In this document: positions 37,939 through 51,271 of the stretch, one piece after another
Numbering within the stretch: the stretch's first letter is position 1
Layout of the letters: each line of letters opens with the position of its first letter
NCBI GenBank assembly: GCA_036172245.1
Contig: JAYWIR010000012.1
Location: forward strand, 992,001 to 1,056,000
Length of the DNA stretch: 64,000 bases
DNA from: Raillietiella orientalis
Lineage: Eukaryota
Direction of reading: 5' to 3'
Position numbers and translations under genes: made by a program
Notes under the pieces: model-generated
The model's database searches: none
Told to the model about the DNA's origin: nothing
The model's input: the letters and a program-made list of their open reading frames with translations, nothing else

Positions 37939-40900
37939 TCTGTTTGATAAAGTGGCAAAGGAATGCTTTGCGACCTGTTTCGAAACAGCATACTTCCTAA
38001 CTGCAAATTGCTGTACATATTCTCATTTTTATGTATTTTAAAGAGCTGTGCGCTTTGTATTTTAAATCCTGATCCAAAACTTTGTATCAGCAGATGCAGG
38101 AAATAGATCTTTGATGCAAAGGAAATCTTCCTTTGCGGTCACGTTCGGTTCGAGTTTTCAATGATGAAATGAGTGGATAGTGTACACATCTATATCGAAT
38201 GTCGCAAGTTGAGAGAGTAGTAGAAGTAAGGACAAGTCCACGTTGTAATGGGACTTCAACACGTTTTTTTTCCTAACTTGTTACATTTTCGTATCCCTGG
38301 ATCGGACCGAAGAGATGAAGTTCGTAAAAGACACATCTTTTTTAATGGCATTACCGGAAGATAAGTTTGCATGCGAGGTTTTTGTGCTCGTCGACGGATC
38401 ACGCGAAAACCGACGATGTAAAATCCGAGTGACGCACTGCATAAGCACAGAAGCAAACTGAAGCACCGGCAGTAACTGGATGCGTTTCATTTTTTGTTCA
38501 ATGGAAGGGTGGAGTGCTTGCAGAATAGAAAAGGTTTCTTATCCTTCGAAGTTTTCAGTTTCGGAAAGTTAAGTGGTTTTGCATTGGCATTTCCTGATCT
38601 GTGGGCACCTACTGTAACCTTTAAAGTTACCATTTTTTCGTGCACCTACGTTCCCGTCTCCCCGGTCTCTGATCTCTGATTCTTTGTACGGATTTTTATT
38701 AAGTACCAGCTTTATCAAGCCCATACGAGTGTTGTGCAATGAGATGTAAAGCAGCAGTTGAGCATCAGTCGCATTAATAAAAATATTTTTAAAGCAAGAG
38801 TTTTGTGTATCACTGCGTTGCAGACTTAGCAGTCTTGCGCTCTCCCGAAGGGGCGTGCAAAGGGGGTGCACTTCATGCTTTGTGTATTTTGGGTTGTCCA
38901 CATGAATCAGGAGCAAACAATCCAATGAATTTTGGAACAGCAGTTCTCACATCCATGCAGTTTTGGAGGGAAGACCTTCCGAGACCGCGGAACTGAGTAT
39001 GGTGTACGTAGGCATTGTACATTAAATTAAGTGCTCAGTCCATGTTGTACTCGGAACTCGAGAAAGCCAAAATTCCATGCGCTTTCGCTCAAGCCATTCT
39101 CAAAAGAACAGTACCAGAAAGGGTAAGAGTCACAGGAATGAGCACCCTTATTTCGGCAGCTCAATGCAAATCGGAAGCGAGGGGCACACCGCATGTCATC
39201 GTCACCGTGCCCTGCTGCTAAATCGAATCTTAATTACAAATCGTGATGGTAGGCGATCGCGCGGGTAGATTCAGCAGTACTTTCTCTCGTTGCTGGGATC
39301 AGTGAGCAAATGCAAGTAGATTCCCCCTTGCAAAAAGCACCAGAAGAGCAACCCACTATCATTTCTCATCGGAAGGAAAATCAGGAAGCTTCGTAGGGGA
39401 TGAAAGATCAAGGATGTACACATCCAGGATCAAAGTAACACCGCTTCCATCATGGAGTCCTTCGCTAGAGTTTCAAGCAGGTCGATGCTATTCTTTCTTG
39501 TATCAATTGGTGAGTGGCACATGAGAGAGAAACAAAAAAGTCTAAAGTGGATTCAGCGGATATGGCACGTGCCGAAATGTGGGATGATGACCCTTGTTCC
39601 TGGTGACTGCTGTCGTCTTTGCTTGCGTGAGAGTCTTTGGTGTTCGCAGTAACATTTCACACTTGGTGCGCACTCTAATGGGTTCCTCTACAAGAAAGGA
39701 TCAGATTCTACATCGAAAAGCCGAATGATCTTTGTTACCATTATCGACACATGAAGGAACAAGTAGAACCATGTTTTACGTCGGTCGGAAGAAAGAAACC
39801 GCTTTCCAGGTGTCTGGAATTTCCATTCGGTTGCTTCGCACTCTACGATCTACTCGCTGCAGCAGTGGTCTTGTTTTTTGTTCTCTGCACAGAATCGATT
39901 CCCACTCAGGGGATCTACAACAGCCTTTCTGGAGCTTCATCTGCTCAAACGCTGCCATGCTGAGGAGGACGGCAAGATAGCCCCAACCTGAAAGAAGCTT
40001 GAAGGAAGGCACGATCCTCTTCTGCAGAAGACAAGATAAGATCACCAATGACCCCCCATCTCTTCTTATCTGTTTAGCTGTTCATTTGTTATCCTCTAAC
40101 CTTGCCCACTTGGATCTTGTTCACAGTCCACTTGAGAGTTGATTGCCCTACTGGAAATTTCGACTAGTGTAGGAGCAAGATCCCAACAACCTATAAACGT
40201 CCCGGAATGTGACAGCTGCAACACTACCTACTCATCCGTGTCTGCCGCCTAGGATTCGTTATGAAGTGTATTCTAGAGGAAAGGATTTTCTTCCATCCGA
40301 ACTTTCGGCTGGCAGGTGTCTTTCGAAAGGTCTTGACTGAGATCTTCAGGTAGTGAAGTTAGTGCTTGGTTACGTTCGTTTTCCCGAGGGTGGTTAGTTG
40401 TGCAAGATTTCCTCTGTTAGCAGCGCTGAACCTACAGTCGAAAGAAGCTTTGTTGTGAACCGGTAACACGGATGCATCCCCGAGGTTACTGGTCGCCTCC
40501 GTTTCCTCGCCAAATCTCCTGGAGGCCATTTTGAAATCACCCCTGTTTTCTCGGGAAGAAGCAGGGTTGGCACAGGCTGAGGGTCACTCTCCTAATGGCT
40601 GTTCGCGACCTTGTCTTGCTGGCTGGTGAAGCAAACAGAAAGGATGTTGAGGATTGTGGTCAGGAGGTTTTGAGAAAGTGGAGTGTCCAAACTGTCGTTC
40701 AAAACGGACCGAAAATCTGTGTGCCATTTTATAACATCACAGGTCTGTTGCGGTAGCATGCGACGACTCATGTGACCCCGAGTGGTCGTTTTTGCAATTT
40801 TTCTCATTGGCTGTGACTCTTATCTACGCTTTGCGGCAGGTCATAAGATGAGACCAAAGTTCATGTGTGTTCCGTCTCAACTCGAGCAGTCGTTTATCAT

Positions 40901-41699
40901 TCGGGAGATGTCTCCGGGAAAGTTTCCTTGCACACCGCGTCCTCTACTGAAATTCCAGTAGGAACTCGAGGCTGCTTCTTCTCTTGAGTGTCTCGGGTGC
41001 TGAGGCAACCCGATCCTATCTTTCCTCCTTACAAGCCCTCCCTGTGGTTTCCAGGGGGAACGCTGACATACAAAAATCTCGCGTGGAACCGCCCTTGCCA
41101 CGGACTTTCGTGGTAGTTGGCACGGTGATCATGGAAGTTGGTACTTTGCTTAACGACTCGTATGCTGAAGCAGCAAACTCTGAAGTGGGCGGAGTGTCAG
41201 ACCTGTCACAGAGCGCTGGCAAAGAGCCCTTTCTGCCTTCCGGCGTTCTGGCGATCCTAGCTCCTGAAGCTTGCATGACGCTACCATCGTCACAGGCCTT
41301 GTCGGTAAGGGCAACTGTGATGTTGAGGTGTCCGGTTTTGACATGACAAGAAGGCTTTTCTGCGATCATGCCTTGGGGAGAATCAGTGACAAGCCTGGGG
41401 AGAGATGACCGGAGAAACTCTCGTTCGGTTTCATTGACACGATTCCTGCCCTACTGCTTCCTAGCAACAACATCTCGTTTCTCTTCCTTTGTGACGGAAA
41501 CGTGAATCTTCTTTTCCTTCCTCTCCTGTGAAAACAGCACAAAAATTTACAAAATGCACTCTGGGGTTCCCGGCTGATCTCATTCCACCCATCCCTCGAT
41601 CCCAGTCAGTTTGAATTGCAAGCAGGGATTCACGAAGCGGATTTCCTCAAATCACCGCGAAGAGGTGTTTGCCTTAGAGTATTTCAGGCTTTGACAACT

Positions 41700-43700
41700 T
41701 TCCTGAGGATGAGCCGGTAGCGAGGAAGCTGCTCTTTGGAACCCAAATCCTTTCAGGTCAGAGCCGTCTCTTGCCGTGTGTGACGCCACCAAAACAATCC
41801 TCCACGGAGCTTGAAAAAAGCCACTCTTTTCTTGGCCCTTCTGGCGAACGAGAAACGCCATCCGGTTCCTGGAGAAGATCAACCTGAAGGGCATTTTTGC
41901 GGCTTTCGCTCTTTCTCTCCGCGGATGCGGTTGGCTTCTCGAGATCTCTGTGTCCGCATCCGTGGCTTCTGGTTCTGGTGATGCCGTTCTCCAACATTGG
42001 CACTCACAACCGCCCACGGCCCCACTTTCACCATAGAGCGAAAATAGAGCCTCGCACAGGAGGCTCCAGAGTGGCATGGAACCAGGCAGCATGGGAGTGG
42101 CAAGCGGGTGGAAGAGTACGGGCGAGGAAAAACATCCGGAACCGCGTCTGCTCGGATGTACATGAGCTAAACTTCGCCGAATGTCTTTGGATGGAGTTGC
42201 CAGAGATATCACAGCTTTTGAAAACAAAGTTCACTTTCACAGTGGACCGTCATCCTGGAAAATCGCATCATATTTCGAGTAGCAAACGGTTCGGTATCTT
42301 GGCAGCTACTCGTTCTCTGGAGTCAGAGACGCGCCGTGATTCCCGCTGGATTCCGGTTTCCGTAGTCAGCCGGCGAACGGCTTCCTTTCACAGGAACAGG
42401 CACTGCCATCCGCTCCTTTATGGTGCTACAGCGGCTCCAAGGAGACAAGAAGCAGTTTCGCTTGCCTGAGGGCGGAAGGAGGGAACAACTAGAAGGGTTA
42501 TTCCGAGGTGTATGAGGGGGTTCGAGAATGTGGCCGCCTACTCCAAGAAGGTTCCAGTGGGCATGTGGAGAGAGCCAGCCCCCCCCCCCCCCCGCAACTG
42601 CTGCTGGATTGCGGTGCATTCCGCGGTGGACGGGAGAGACAGGCCCTGCTCCCCATCCCATCCAGACGGCGTCCCTGGAGGCGTGCTCTTCTCTGCCAGT
42701 GTCGGACCCTCTCCAGACGGAGCGATCGCAGCCTTGGCTTCCATCCGCAGAAACCATGCGACGCTTCTGGGTCCAGAAAGGAACCAGCAGCGACGCGAAG
42801 CCACTCTCATGGCCGTTGCGCCATCCGCTATCGATAGCGACGGAGCGGCCCTACAGGAGTGAGGCAGCCCACGTCACCCCCCGGTGGAGGTACTCCACCT
42901 GTGCGTGACGAGGAGGACTGCGTGCTGGTGGGACTGTCGTTCTTAGAGATCTTTATTTCCGTCTTTAAATGTCCTTTCCCATTCCGGTCCAAAGTGTCGG
43001 CGTTACCAGGTGACTGCCCCCCGTAGAAAGGAGAAGTTCCTGCGCGGTTCATCCTCTCATTCATGAGAGGGAGGAGGCAATCAGTGCGGAGCAACCGGCG
43101 AGACCTCAGCAGACCGAGGCACGCCCAGGCATCGATCCCGTGCGCTCTTCCCAAAGCGCTTTGGGCCTTGCGGGGACGAACCGACAAACGGCGCTCGTCC
43201 GAAGGGTTCCTGTGGAGGCGCCCCTCTTGTTCCATGTCCGCGGAATTCCACTGCCCTGACACTCCAGAGGGGTCGTTAGGACTCCCCGGGGGTCCACAAT
43301 GTCACCACTCGACGCCTGAATGCGATATAGGGGCGACTATAAGGCTTTTCCTACGCGGTGCATCTACTGAGGAGGTGCAGTCCCCACGACCGCTCCAGCC
43401 TACGGAGCGAAGAAAAGCCTCCCTTTCTTTCCGAAGGGGTGGTTTGAACGCGGTCTTCCCCTTTCGTGAGGGAGGATCTTCCCAGGGGGCAAGAAAAAGG
43501 CTGGGGAGGGGAGGGGAAAAAACGGTCTTTCACCTCGGCCTGATCCAAGCGATACCCGGATCCTCATCGCCACTTACTGGGCTGCCCGCCTCAGGGAACA
43601 CCGCGGAGTACAGTCGCCGCATGGCTTCTTTCCCTCGGTGAAGGTGAAGGATGCACTCTCCCGAGCGTGGGATTTCCTGGTTAGGGGCCTGGGTGGGGCT
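41700..43700 (-). mobile_element. Decayed LINE RT relic
   Basis: Ordered degenerate motifs on the minus strand: VVTLWTPG..WSVRAV (ITLIPK..NWRPI), AQSALGR (Q.GF..GR), DTLDR (AFDR), GWRNG..ASLL (QG.PLSP), VSADG (YADD) and IHLGITL (YLG). Confidence 0.55.
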
Positions 43701-44490
43701 TCCCTGCTCCTGTTGGACGGAGAGCTGATCGCCACTGCTGACCTTCCTTCCCAGAAGCGCTCGCGGACGGGGAGGTTCCATGACCCCGCTCCGAACCTGA
43801 CGGAGCTGCCTATCTCCCATCTGACGCTTGGCCTCGCCTCACCTGCTGCCCCTGACCAGAAGGTGCAGCTCAATCCTTTCGGATCCGGAGGATCCTGACC
43901 TTTTCTGCCTTGCCCAGCGCCCCCCGGAAGCTTCGGACTTCCTTGTTCACCCGACCCATGCACTCCCATTCTTCCCGGCTTGGATGAAGCCAGGGCTCCT
44001 CCCCCCTCCCTGCGACTGGGAACCGGCGTCCAGGCCCCCTGACGGCTGACCCCGCCCCAGGGACGGCGTGGTGCCACCTGCACGGCCGCGAGCGCGCGAC
44101 TCTACGTCCCGTCTGCCACCGCCGGTGGCGGAGGGGTGCTACCCGTGCCTCCTCCCTTGCTTCCCTTCCCGATTAGGGAAGGGGAGGCTAGCGGCGCCGA
44201 GCTGCTCTTCTCCAGCGCGTCGGCTCGGGACGGACGCAAAAGATCCCTCAGGCGGCGAGGAGAGGCGCGAGCGGGAGACCCATGCTGACCCCGCCCGCAC
44301 GAGGTCACGTGCGCTTGGTTTTTTTTTCCTTCCCTCTCTTTCTGTAGCTTCACATGAGCTGTCAGCGCGACGCGCCGGAGGTCATCAGGGCAACCGGTGC
44401 GCGCGCCTTCCTTTTCCTCAGGACCACGCGGAGGCCCCTCCCCGGCAGAGAGGGGCCTCCTCCGCTTCCGGGAGTCGTGACCCCGGAACG

Positions 44491-47400
44491 TCACGCGTCG
44501 TCGTCGTCCGAGCCGGGGGTCTCCACCCTCTCCTCGAGGGGAGAGGAGGGGAGCCACGGACCTGGTCCCTCCCCGCATTGCCGGCGCAGCGGCGAGACTC
44601 GCATCTTCTTCTTCCTGCCCAGGAACTCCGATCCCAGAGGGCGCTTCAGCAGGACCTTCGGGTTCCTGGCCGCCCGCTCCCGGAAGTAGGTGACCTCGAC
44701 GTCGCGTGCCACCGGGAAGCTCGGCCACGAGAACCGGCCGTCCTGCGGGTGGCGCTGGGCGACGGACAAGCGGGCCGGATCGTTATCCAGGAGGCTGTTC
44801 TCTTGAGCGCCAGGGGCTCCTGACCCCTTCTCGATCTTTCCGTCGAAGATGGGCTCGAAGGGCTCCCTGCGGCGACTATTGCCTGCAGGGCGTTCGACGA
44901 GCGGAAGGCGGGGAAGGAGGGGCGGCCTTTTACCGGCCCTCGGCCCTCGAAGCTTTGGCACGAGATCGGGGAATCCGTCCGCGACAGTCTCCATCTCCGA
45001 CCCTTCCGGGAAGCGCAGACCTGGGGGGAGAGACGAGGGCTTGATCAGTCGTGAGGTCAGGGTGGCGCTGCCCGAAGGATTGATATCCCGGAGATCCTTT
45101 GCGGCCGCCCGGTTCATGCACGCGGTCCCTCTCCTCAAGAGCTACCCCGAAGACGGAGGGTGGAACCCTGAAGGAGTCCCGAGATGTCGTGCGCTGCTAC
45201 TTTTCGACACCATGGGGGTCCACAGATCAGGGGGACAATCGACCTCCGGGAGGGAAATAGTCTTCGCCCTGCAGAACCGAGGTCAACCTCGACCGCTGTC
45301 CCAGCTTTCCCCTCCCCCTGGAGAGGGATAGGGGTCGAAATCGAGACGGCACGGAAGGTCCTCTCTCCGGCGACTTGCAGACGCTCCCCTTCGCGCGTGA
45401 GCGCCGCGTCAGCGCCTGAGGGTGAGTGAGAGGCGGACGCGGGACTCCCGGATGACGGCAGCCGGACATCGCAGCCAGCAGAGGATGCCGCCGCTTCTGT
45501 TGCTTCGGATCATTCGGGGTCGTCCTTGGTGGCAGGCTGTTCGGGCCGGTGGCAGTGGCCCGATCCCGCCTTGGAGAGGAACTACGCCCTCTTCTGGTGC
45601 GGAAGAGTCGAAGATCTGCGGCTTCCGTTCTCAGCAAACCTTCCTGGGGCCGAGGTCAGCCCCCACATGAGCTCGCGGATAACCCGCCGATACTCCCCCC
45701 TTCCTTCACATGTTGAGAAGGGAGACCCCTCCTTGTACCCCCCTGCCTTCGGAGAACCGCTCGACTTCCTGCACTTCCTGTCAGCCTCTCTACTTCCGAC
45801 CTCGAGGCGTTCGAGCGTTTCCGGGAACGAAAGAGGCGGGTCTTATGGAGGTCTTGGGTCGTCGACTTCCAGTGAGCTCGAGCGCCCTCTGATCGCGGGG
45901 CTGCTGCTCCTACGGCTCTGGGGGCTGCCATAGAGACAGAGGAGGACGAGCAGGGGAAGGGCTGACGCGACTGCTTGCCGGATGTGGTCGAGACCGCCTC
46001 CGGCGCCGAGGATGGTCACCGCACCATTCCCGCGTCGCCGTCGGCGGCCGTTCACGCCGCACCAATGCGCCAATGTGGAGGAGGGTCGTCAGGGATCGTC
46101 GCGGCTCGAGACCAGTCGAGGTCGCTTCCAGGGGTGACCTTTTGGCTGCTGCTCTTGGAAGAAGTCGTCATCCGCAGCTCATCCCCAGCGCGTACTTCCT
46201 GGATTTCCTGTTTCTAAGGGTTCGCCGCGGGAAGATCAAGAGGTGCAAAGTCTCTGCAGGCGAAGGAGGCCCTCCAGTGCTATTTCCAGCCGCTCGTCAC
46301 GCCTTTCTGGCCTCCAGGGGGGAGGGGGCTGCCGCTTCTAGGAAGCCCTTCAGCTGACTTTCTCGCAGACTTCGATTCGTCGTGGTGGTCACCGCCTCCG
46401 GGAAGTCTCGACCTTGAGCGCGGAGAGCTCTGTCGGGGGTCCAAGGGTCGGCAGGTGCGCAGCGGACAACCAAATCCGAGTTTCTTACGGGGTGATGGGA
46501 CTCTGGACCAATCTGGGGCGCGCAGACACTTCCAGGAGCCGACAACTCCCTCTCCCTCCAAGGTTCCCTCACTCAGGTGTACGGGAACAAGGACCTGACA
46601 GGAATGGTGGCGTCGAGGGTGCTGTCTTGCCTCCAGTGGCGCGCGAGGCCGTTCCTCCGGTCACAGGCGCAGCGGGAACAGTCCGGGGAAGTCGCTCGCT
46701 TAGGGTGGAGGAGGGAGGTCGGGGCGTCGGGCACGGGGTGCCTCGTCCCCGCCAGAGAGCCTCGCGATTGCCCTCGCGCTCCAAGCAGCAGCCAAAATGA
46801 CGCCACCGTAGCGCGCGTCCGGTCGTCTGAGACAGGGACGGCCGGAGACCTTCGGGCTGGTCGTCGGGCGGGAGAGGCGGAGGTCGCGGGAGGTCACTGG
46901 AGCCGGGAGAAAGGGGTTCGGAGATAAGGGGATACATCCACGAACCGACAGGTGGTTCCGTGAGAGTCCAAAAGAGCACCGAACTGAATTCCTGGGTGGT
47001 CACTTGGGTCCGCGTTGCTAACGAGCAGATGCGGGAGCTCTGTCTTCGATGCCTAGCCCTTGCGCACGTCTCCTCGCCTTCGAGCTAGGGCCGCATGGGA
47101 CCCACCCCTCTGTCACCACGTAACTTCTCGCGCGGTCCCTTCACAGGCGGAGGAAGCCCCGAGGGTCGGTGGGGAGCGACAAGAAAGGGGGGGAGGAAAA
47201 GCCCTCATCAGGGAGACTCTGCAGCCGGTCCATCGGGCTGACAGCTGCAGAAGCTGCAATTCCCAAGGCGGGAAGAGCGGACGGCATCCCTGGGGATGAA
47301 TCCTCAAGGAAGGGGAGGAGGAGGGGAGAAACGTGAAGCCGGGAAAGCTCTGGGAAGGGTTGCCAAGCGCCCAGGGAACTCGGAGGCGGCGGCTCCTCGG

Positions 47401-47634
47401 CCCGGTCACCCCGGCGATCCCACGCTTTTCCCGTCGGGAGGCTCTACAGGACCTCTGCTAGTAGAGTAGGTCACTAAGGGCCCAAGGGGGTCACCGCGAC
47501 TAGTAGTGGGGGGGAAAAGGGAGGAGGATGTACGTACGTGGCGGCGGCTCCGTGAAGTGGCGACCCTCCGCTGCCTGCAGGCAGCCCAGCGTGATACAGA
47601 CGAGGTTCAGGATGCAGGACCTCCGCAGCAGCAT
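44491..47634 (-). CDS. Probable EFLamide (GSEFLamide, TRH-type) neuropeptide precursor, ~253 aa
   Basis: KR-PLGSEFL-G-RKKK at 44646-44605. Signal peptide MLLRRSCILNLVCITLGCLQAAEG follows a strong acceptor at 47685. Proposed exons 47634-47538, 45924-45739, 45020-44934 and 44882-44491 (762 nt, GT-AG, all phase 1). Middle exons are uncertain. Confidence 0.65.
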
Positions 47635-48204
47635 CTCCGTGGGCTTTCCCGGTGGCTGCTGCGATCCGATTGCCGAGCTCGGGCCTGTGGATGAAACAGG
47701 AAGAAAGGCGAGGGCCTTCGGCGCCAGCAACGGGGACCGCCGACCGTCCTCCCGCCCCGCGCGCCGGCTCCGAGTCGTGAGGGGAGCGTTGCTTTCCACG
47801 GAAAACCGTTGCAACGGCAGGGGGAGCGAAGGAAGCCCCCCCTCTTTAAACGCTCCCTTCGCGGACGGGCGGAAGGATCTACCTACTCCTGCTGGCCTCA
47901 AGCTCACCGCCTGCGGGCACTTCCATAGGATCTGCCGCTGCGGCTCAAGCAAAGGGCCGCCAGGAACGAGCGAGCAGGTGGCCCCGCAAACTGCCCACGA
48001 AGTCCGGGCCCCCTCATCGTGCATTCCTTGTCTGATCCTTTTTTTCGCTTGGGCAGGGAACTCTGGACCTTGCCTCCTTCCTCCAAAGGCAGCAGAAACC
48101 CCCTCAGGGAGTCCATTCCGCCACCGACGCAACGCGCGCGACCTAGTCTACCCATAGCAATCACCCTGTGCCAGGGGGTAGCTCTTCCTGAGTCTACTCC
48201 TGGA

Positions 48205-48560
48205 GGAAGAGGTGAGGAGGAGGATGTGGAAGAGAAGGAGGAGGAAAAAGAAAGGTAAAAGGAAGAGGAGGAAAAAGAGGAGAAACAGAGAAAGAGGAGG
48301 AAGAGAAAGAAGGGGAAGAGGAAGAAGAAGAGAAGGAGAACGAAGAGGAAGAGGAGCAAAGGAAGAAGAGGAAAGAAAAGAAAAGAGGAAGAGGAAGAGG
48401 GGAGAAGTAAAGGAGGAAGAGGAAGAGAAGAGGGGTAAAGGAGGAAGAGGAAGAAGGACAAGGAAGAAGAAAAGGAGAAAGAGGAAGATCTGGAAGAGTA
48501 GGAAGAAGCAAGGAGAGGAGGAAAGAAAAGGAACGAAGGACAAAGAGAAACAAGAAGATA
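48205..48560. repeat. Polypurine (GA-rich) low-complexity tract
   Basis: ~350 bp almost exclusively A/G on the + strand. Confidence 0.9.
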
Positions 48561-50011
48561 CCCACATGGGCAGATCCTCCCGGGACTAGTCCATGAGTCG
48601 CCCTGCTCCGCACGTCGTGGGTCCCGCATCCCTCCCTTCCGCACAACTCTTTTCCCACGCGCTCCTCTTCCTCCTCCTCTTTCAGAGGAACTCGCGACGC
48701 GCGCGTCTCGAAGTCCAGGCCCCGGCTTTCTGACAGGTTTCATCAGCGGTAGTGGGGGCTCGGCGCGGAGGGCGGCCACGGGGGGAAACAGGGGAATGCG
48801 GCTCCCGGAGCTGGCCGCATTCCTCTCACGTGCGTCCCGAGACATATTGGCTTCTCCGTGCCTTCGATCCTGTCACCGCGGGGACCTTTCGGGAGCGGAG
48901 GAAGGAAAGAGGAGGGGAAAGAGGGAGGAGGAAGGAATGCCGACGGAGGGAGAGTAGACCCTCCCCCGTCGTGAGGGAGAAGGGGAACCGTTAGGTCTCC
49001 TCCGGCAGGGGGCGCACGACTCACCGCCATCCAGCTGGACCACTGCCACCTCCCGAAGAGGACGCTGGAATGCTGACCGGAACCGCTCGGGTCACGATGC
49101 TTGCACGAGAGCCCTTCCTCCTCCACTATGCAACCTTCGGAACCCCGGTGGTTTTACGGAGAACTTCCCGGAGGCGCTGCCGGCGCGCCTGCTTCCTGAC
49201 CTGACGCTACCTGGCCGGAGCGCAGATCAAAAGGGCCCTGGAGACGGCGCGTGGGAGGTTCTGGCGTCAGCCTCCCGTCTCCCAGATGGAGTGTTCCGGA
49301 TTCCCGGTCCGGCCACTGAGAGCCTCCGTGCAGAATCCCCGTACGCGGTCCCCGTTGCTATGGAAGGCGCTGCTCCGCGCATCGAGTCCTTCGATCTTTG
49401 GTCTTCAAGGCCTCCCTCGGCAAGTCACACCCTCCTGCTGAGTAGACTCATCCTCGAGAAAGCTCGCGCCGCGCCTACGCAAAAGACCTGGGTCCGCGAG
49501 AGGGGCGCACTAGTCCCGCGTGATCTCACCGCCGCGGGCCCACATCCTGCGGCTGCCCTCCCTTGAAGAGACCCGAAGAAGACGCGCCGCGGCCCGAGAC
49601 TTCCAGAAGGCAGTGGGGGTTCCACATTCCGCTTGACTCTCCCCCCATGACCCCACGCGCGCTCTCGAAGGCGGAAAGCTCTTCCCCTCGCTTGCTCAGT
49701 TGGCTGCCGGCAGGCGGAGAAGGTCGCGCCCCGGAGGGCGAGACTTCAGAGACGCCTGCTCCCCCCTTCCTGCGCCGGGGAGATCACGTCGGCCCCCTCA
49801 CCCTTTCCTCCTTTCCCTTTCACTTCCTACCCCGGTCGCGCTCCTGGACCAGGGTGCGCTCCGCATGCAAAGCCGCGGCGGCCGCAGCGCGAGCGCCAGG
49901 AGCAAAGCGGGGAGGTGGTGACGGTGGTGGTTACCTGTGCAGGTGGCTGCTGGCGACGATCAGCGAGGACCGGAGGGCGATGCTGGCACTCGGCTGCCTG
50001 TCGTCCACACG

Positions 50012-50070
50012 TATATAGGGCGAGCACTCCCCGGCGCAGAGGAGGGAGCTCTCCGCGCGGGAGCCAATCA
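50012..50070 (-). promoter_or_regulatory. Putative Pol II promoter of the EFLamide gene
   Basis: NF-Y-like AGCCAATCA (CCAAT 50064-50068) and TATATA 50017-50012, then a short non-coding exon ending in CAG|GTAAC at 49935. Confidence 0.4.
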
Positions 50071-51271
50071 GAGTCGTCCGGCCGGACGGATCCGCCGCCT
50101 CCGCTCAGTTGCCCCACGCACCTGTCCCGAACTGGCTCGCTCCAGGGAAAGATGATGATGAGGGGAAGTAGGACTCGCTCCTGTGGTCCAGATCTTCTGC
50201 TCCCACGACCACTGCCCCTCGCGGGAGCTGGCGGTCAGCAGGCGCCTCCTCCGCAGTCCGAGGAAAGCGGAGGTGGGAAAACCAGTCGAATTCCTCCTGG
50301 AGTACCCTCCGATGCCCCACCTGAACCTTGCGTGCCCCGGGCCGATTAGGAAGACAGCAGGGTTTTCCCCAAGCTCCGGGGCTCTGACGTTCCTTCTTTC
50401 CCTCACGAGTGAGAGATCTTCAGGGGGGGCCTTCCGCACATGGAGGCGAGTGACCTGGGACACTCCGGACCGCACCCGAGCCTTCGTGCACAGTTGCGGT
50501 CTCGGAGCGACTCCTCTGCCACCCGAGTTCCAGGAGTCCACGACGCCTCAGCCCCGCCTCGACCTTGCCTCTCCCATGGCGCTGCACACCGAGTGCTAGC
50601 GCCCCCGGGCAAGTTGGGTTTCGAGAATCTCAATTGGTTCGGAGGTTCGGAGGTCCAGGAAGAGATCTGCTCCTGAAGTTTCCCCAGGAGACACTTCACC
50701 GGAAGCACCCCACTCCTAGGAAGTGAAAAACACCGGCTGGCCAGCGGCGCCCTCGGGTCATGTGGACGGTGCTCTCAGCGGTCCGCTCCCAAAGGTCTGG
50801 GCAAGTTCCCTTCTTCAGAGGTTCTGCGCCTTCCCAGTGGTTCGAGGGAGCCACCTCATGAAATAGGGAGCGCTAAGGGACAATCTGTGACCCCCATTCC
50901 TCGAAGTGCGCGCAGACGGTGTAGCGCCAGACCCTTCTCAGTGGGAGGAAGCAATTCCTGCAGCTCTGACGCCTCTTCCGATCCGGCTTCCCATCATGGA
51001 ATCTCTCTCAACAAGTTGACTGATCCCTGCGCACTTCCTGCTTTTGAAAATCACCTGGGATGACTCATGAACGAGGGTCATCGCGGGTCGTACTCCCGCG
51101 CTCCCCTACAGCACAACGAGATTGTGGGAAGGGTGTGGATCTCCGGAAGTGGAGGTTCAGCATCTGTCACCATCCACTCCTCCCTCCAGGTTCCTTTCTC
51201 GTCTACTGTCCAGTTCGAGGGTCATCGCAGGATCTTCGATCCTCCGGGGGTGAGGCGGGCGAGCAGGCAGT

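Noticed and set aside
46975..47020. Second EFLG (TEFLGG) on the + strand
   Set aside because: Opposite strand, no dibasic flanks, short frame.
47904..48845. 313-aa and neighbouring F/S/L- or R/K/E-rich ORFs
   Set aside because: Products of the GA-rich low-complexity tract.
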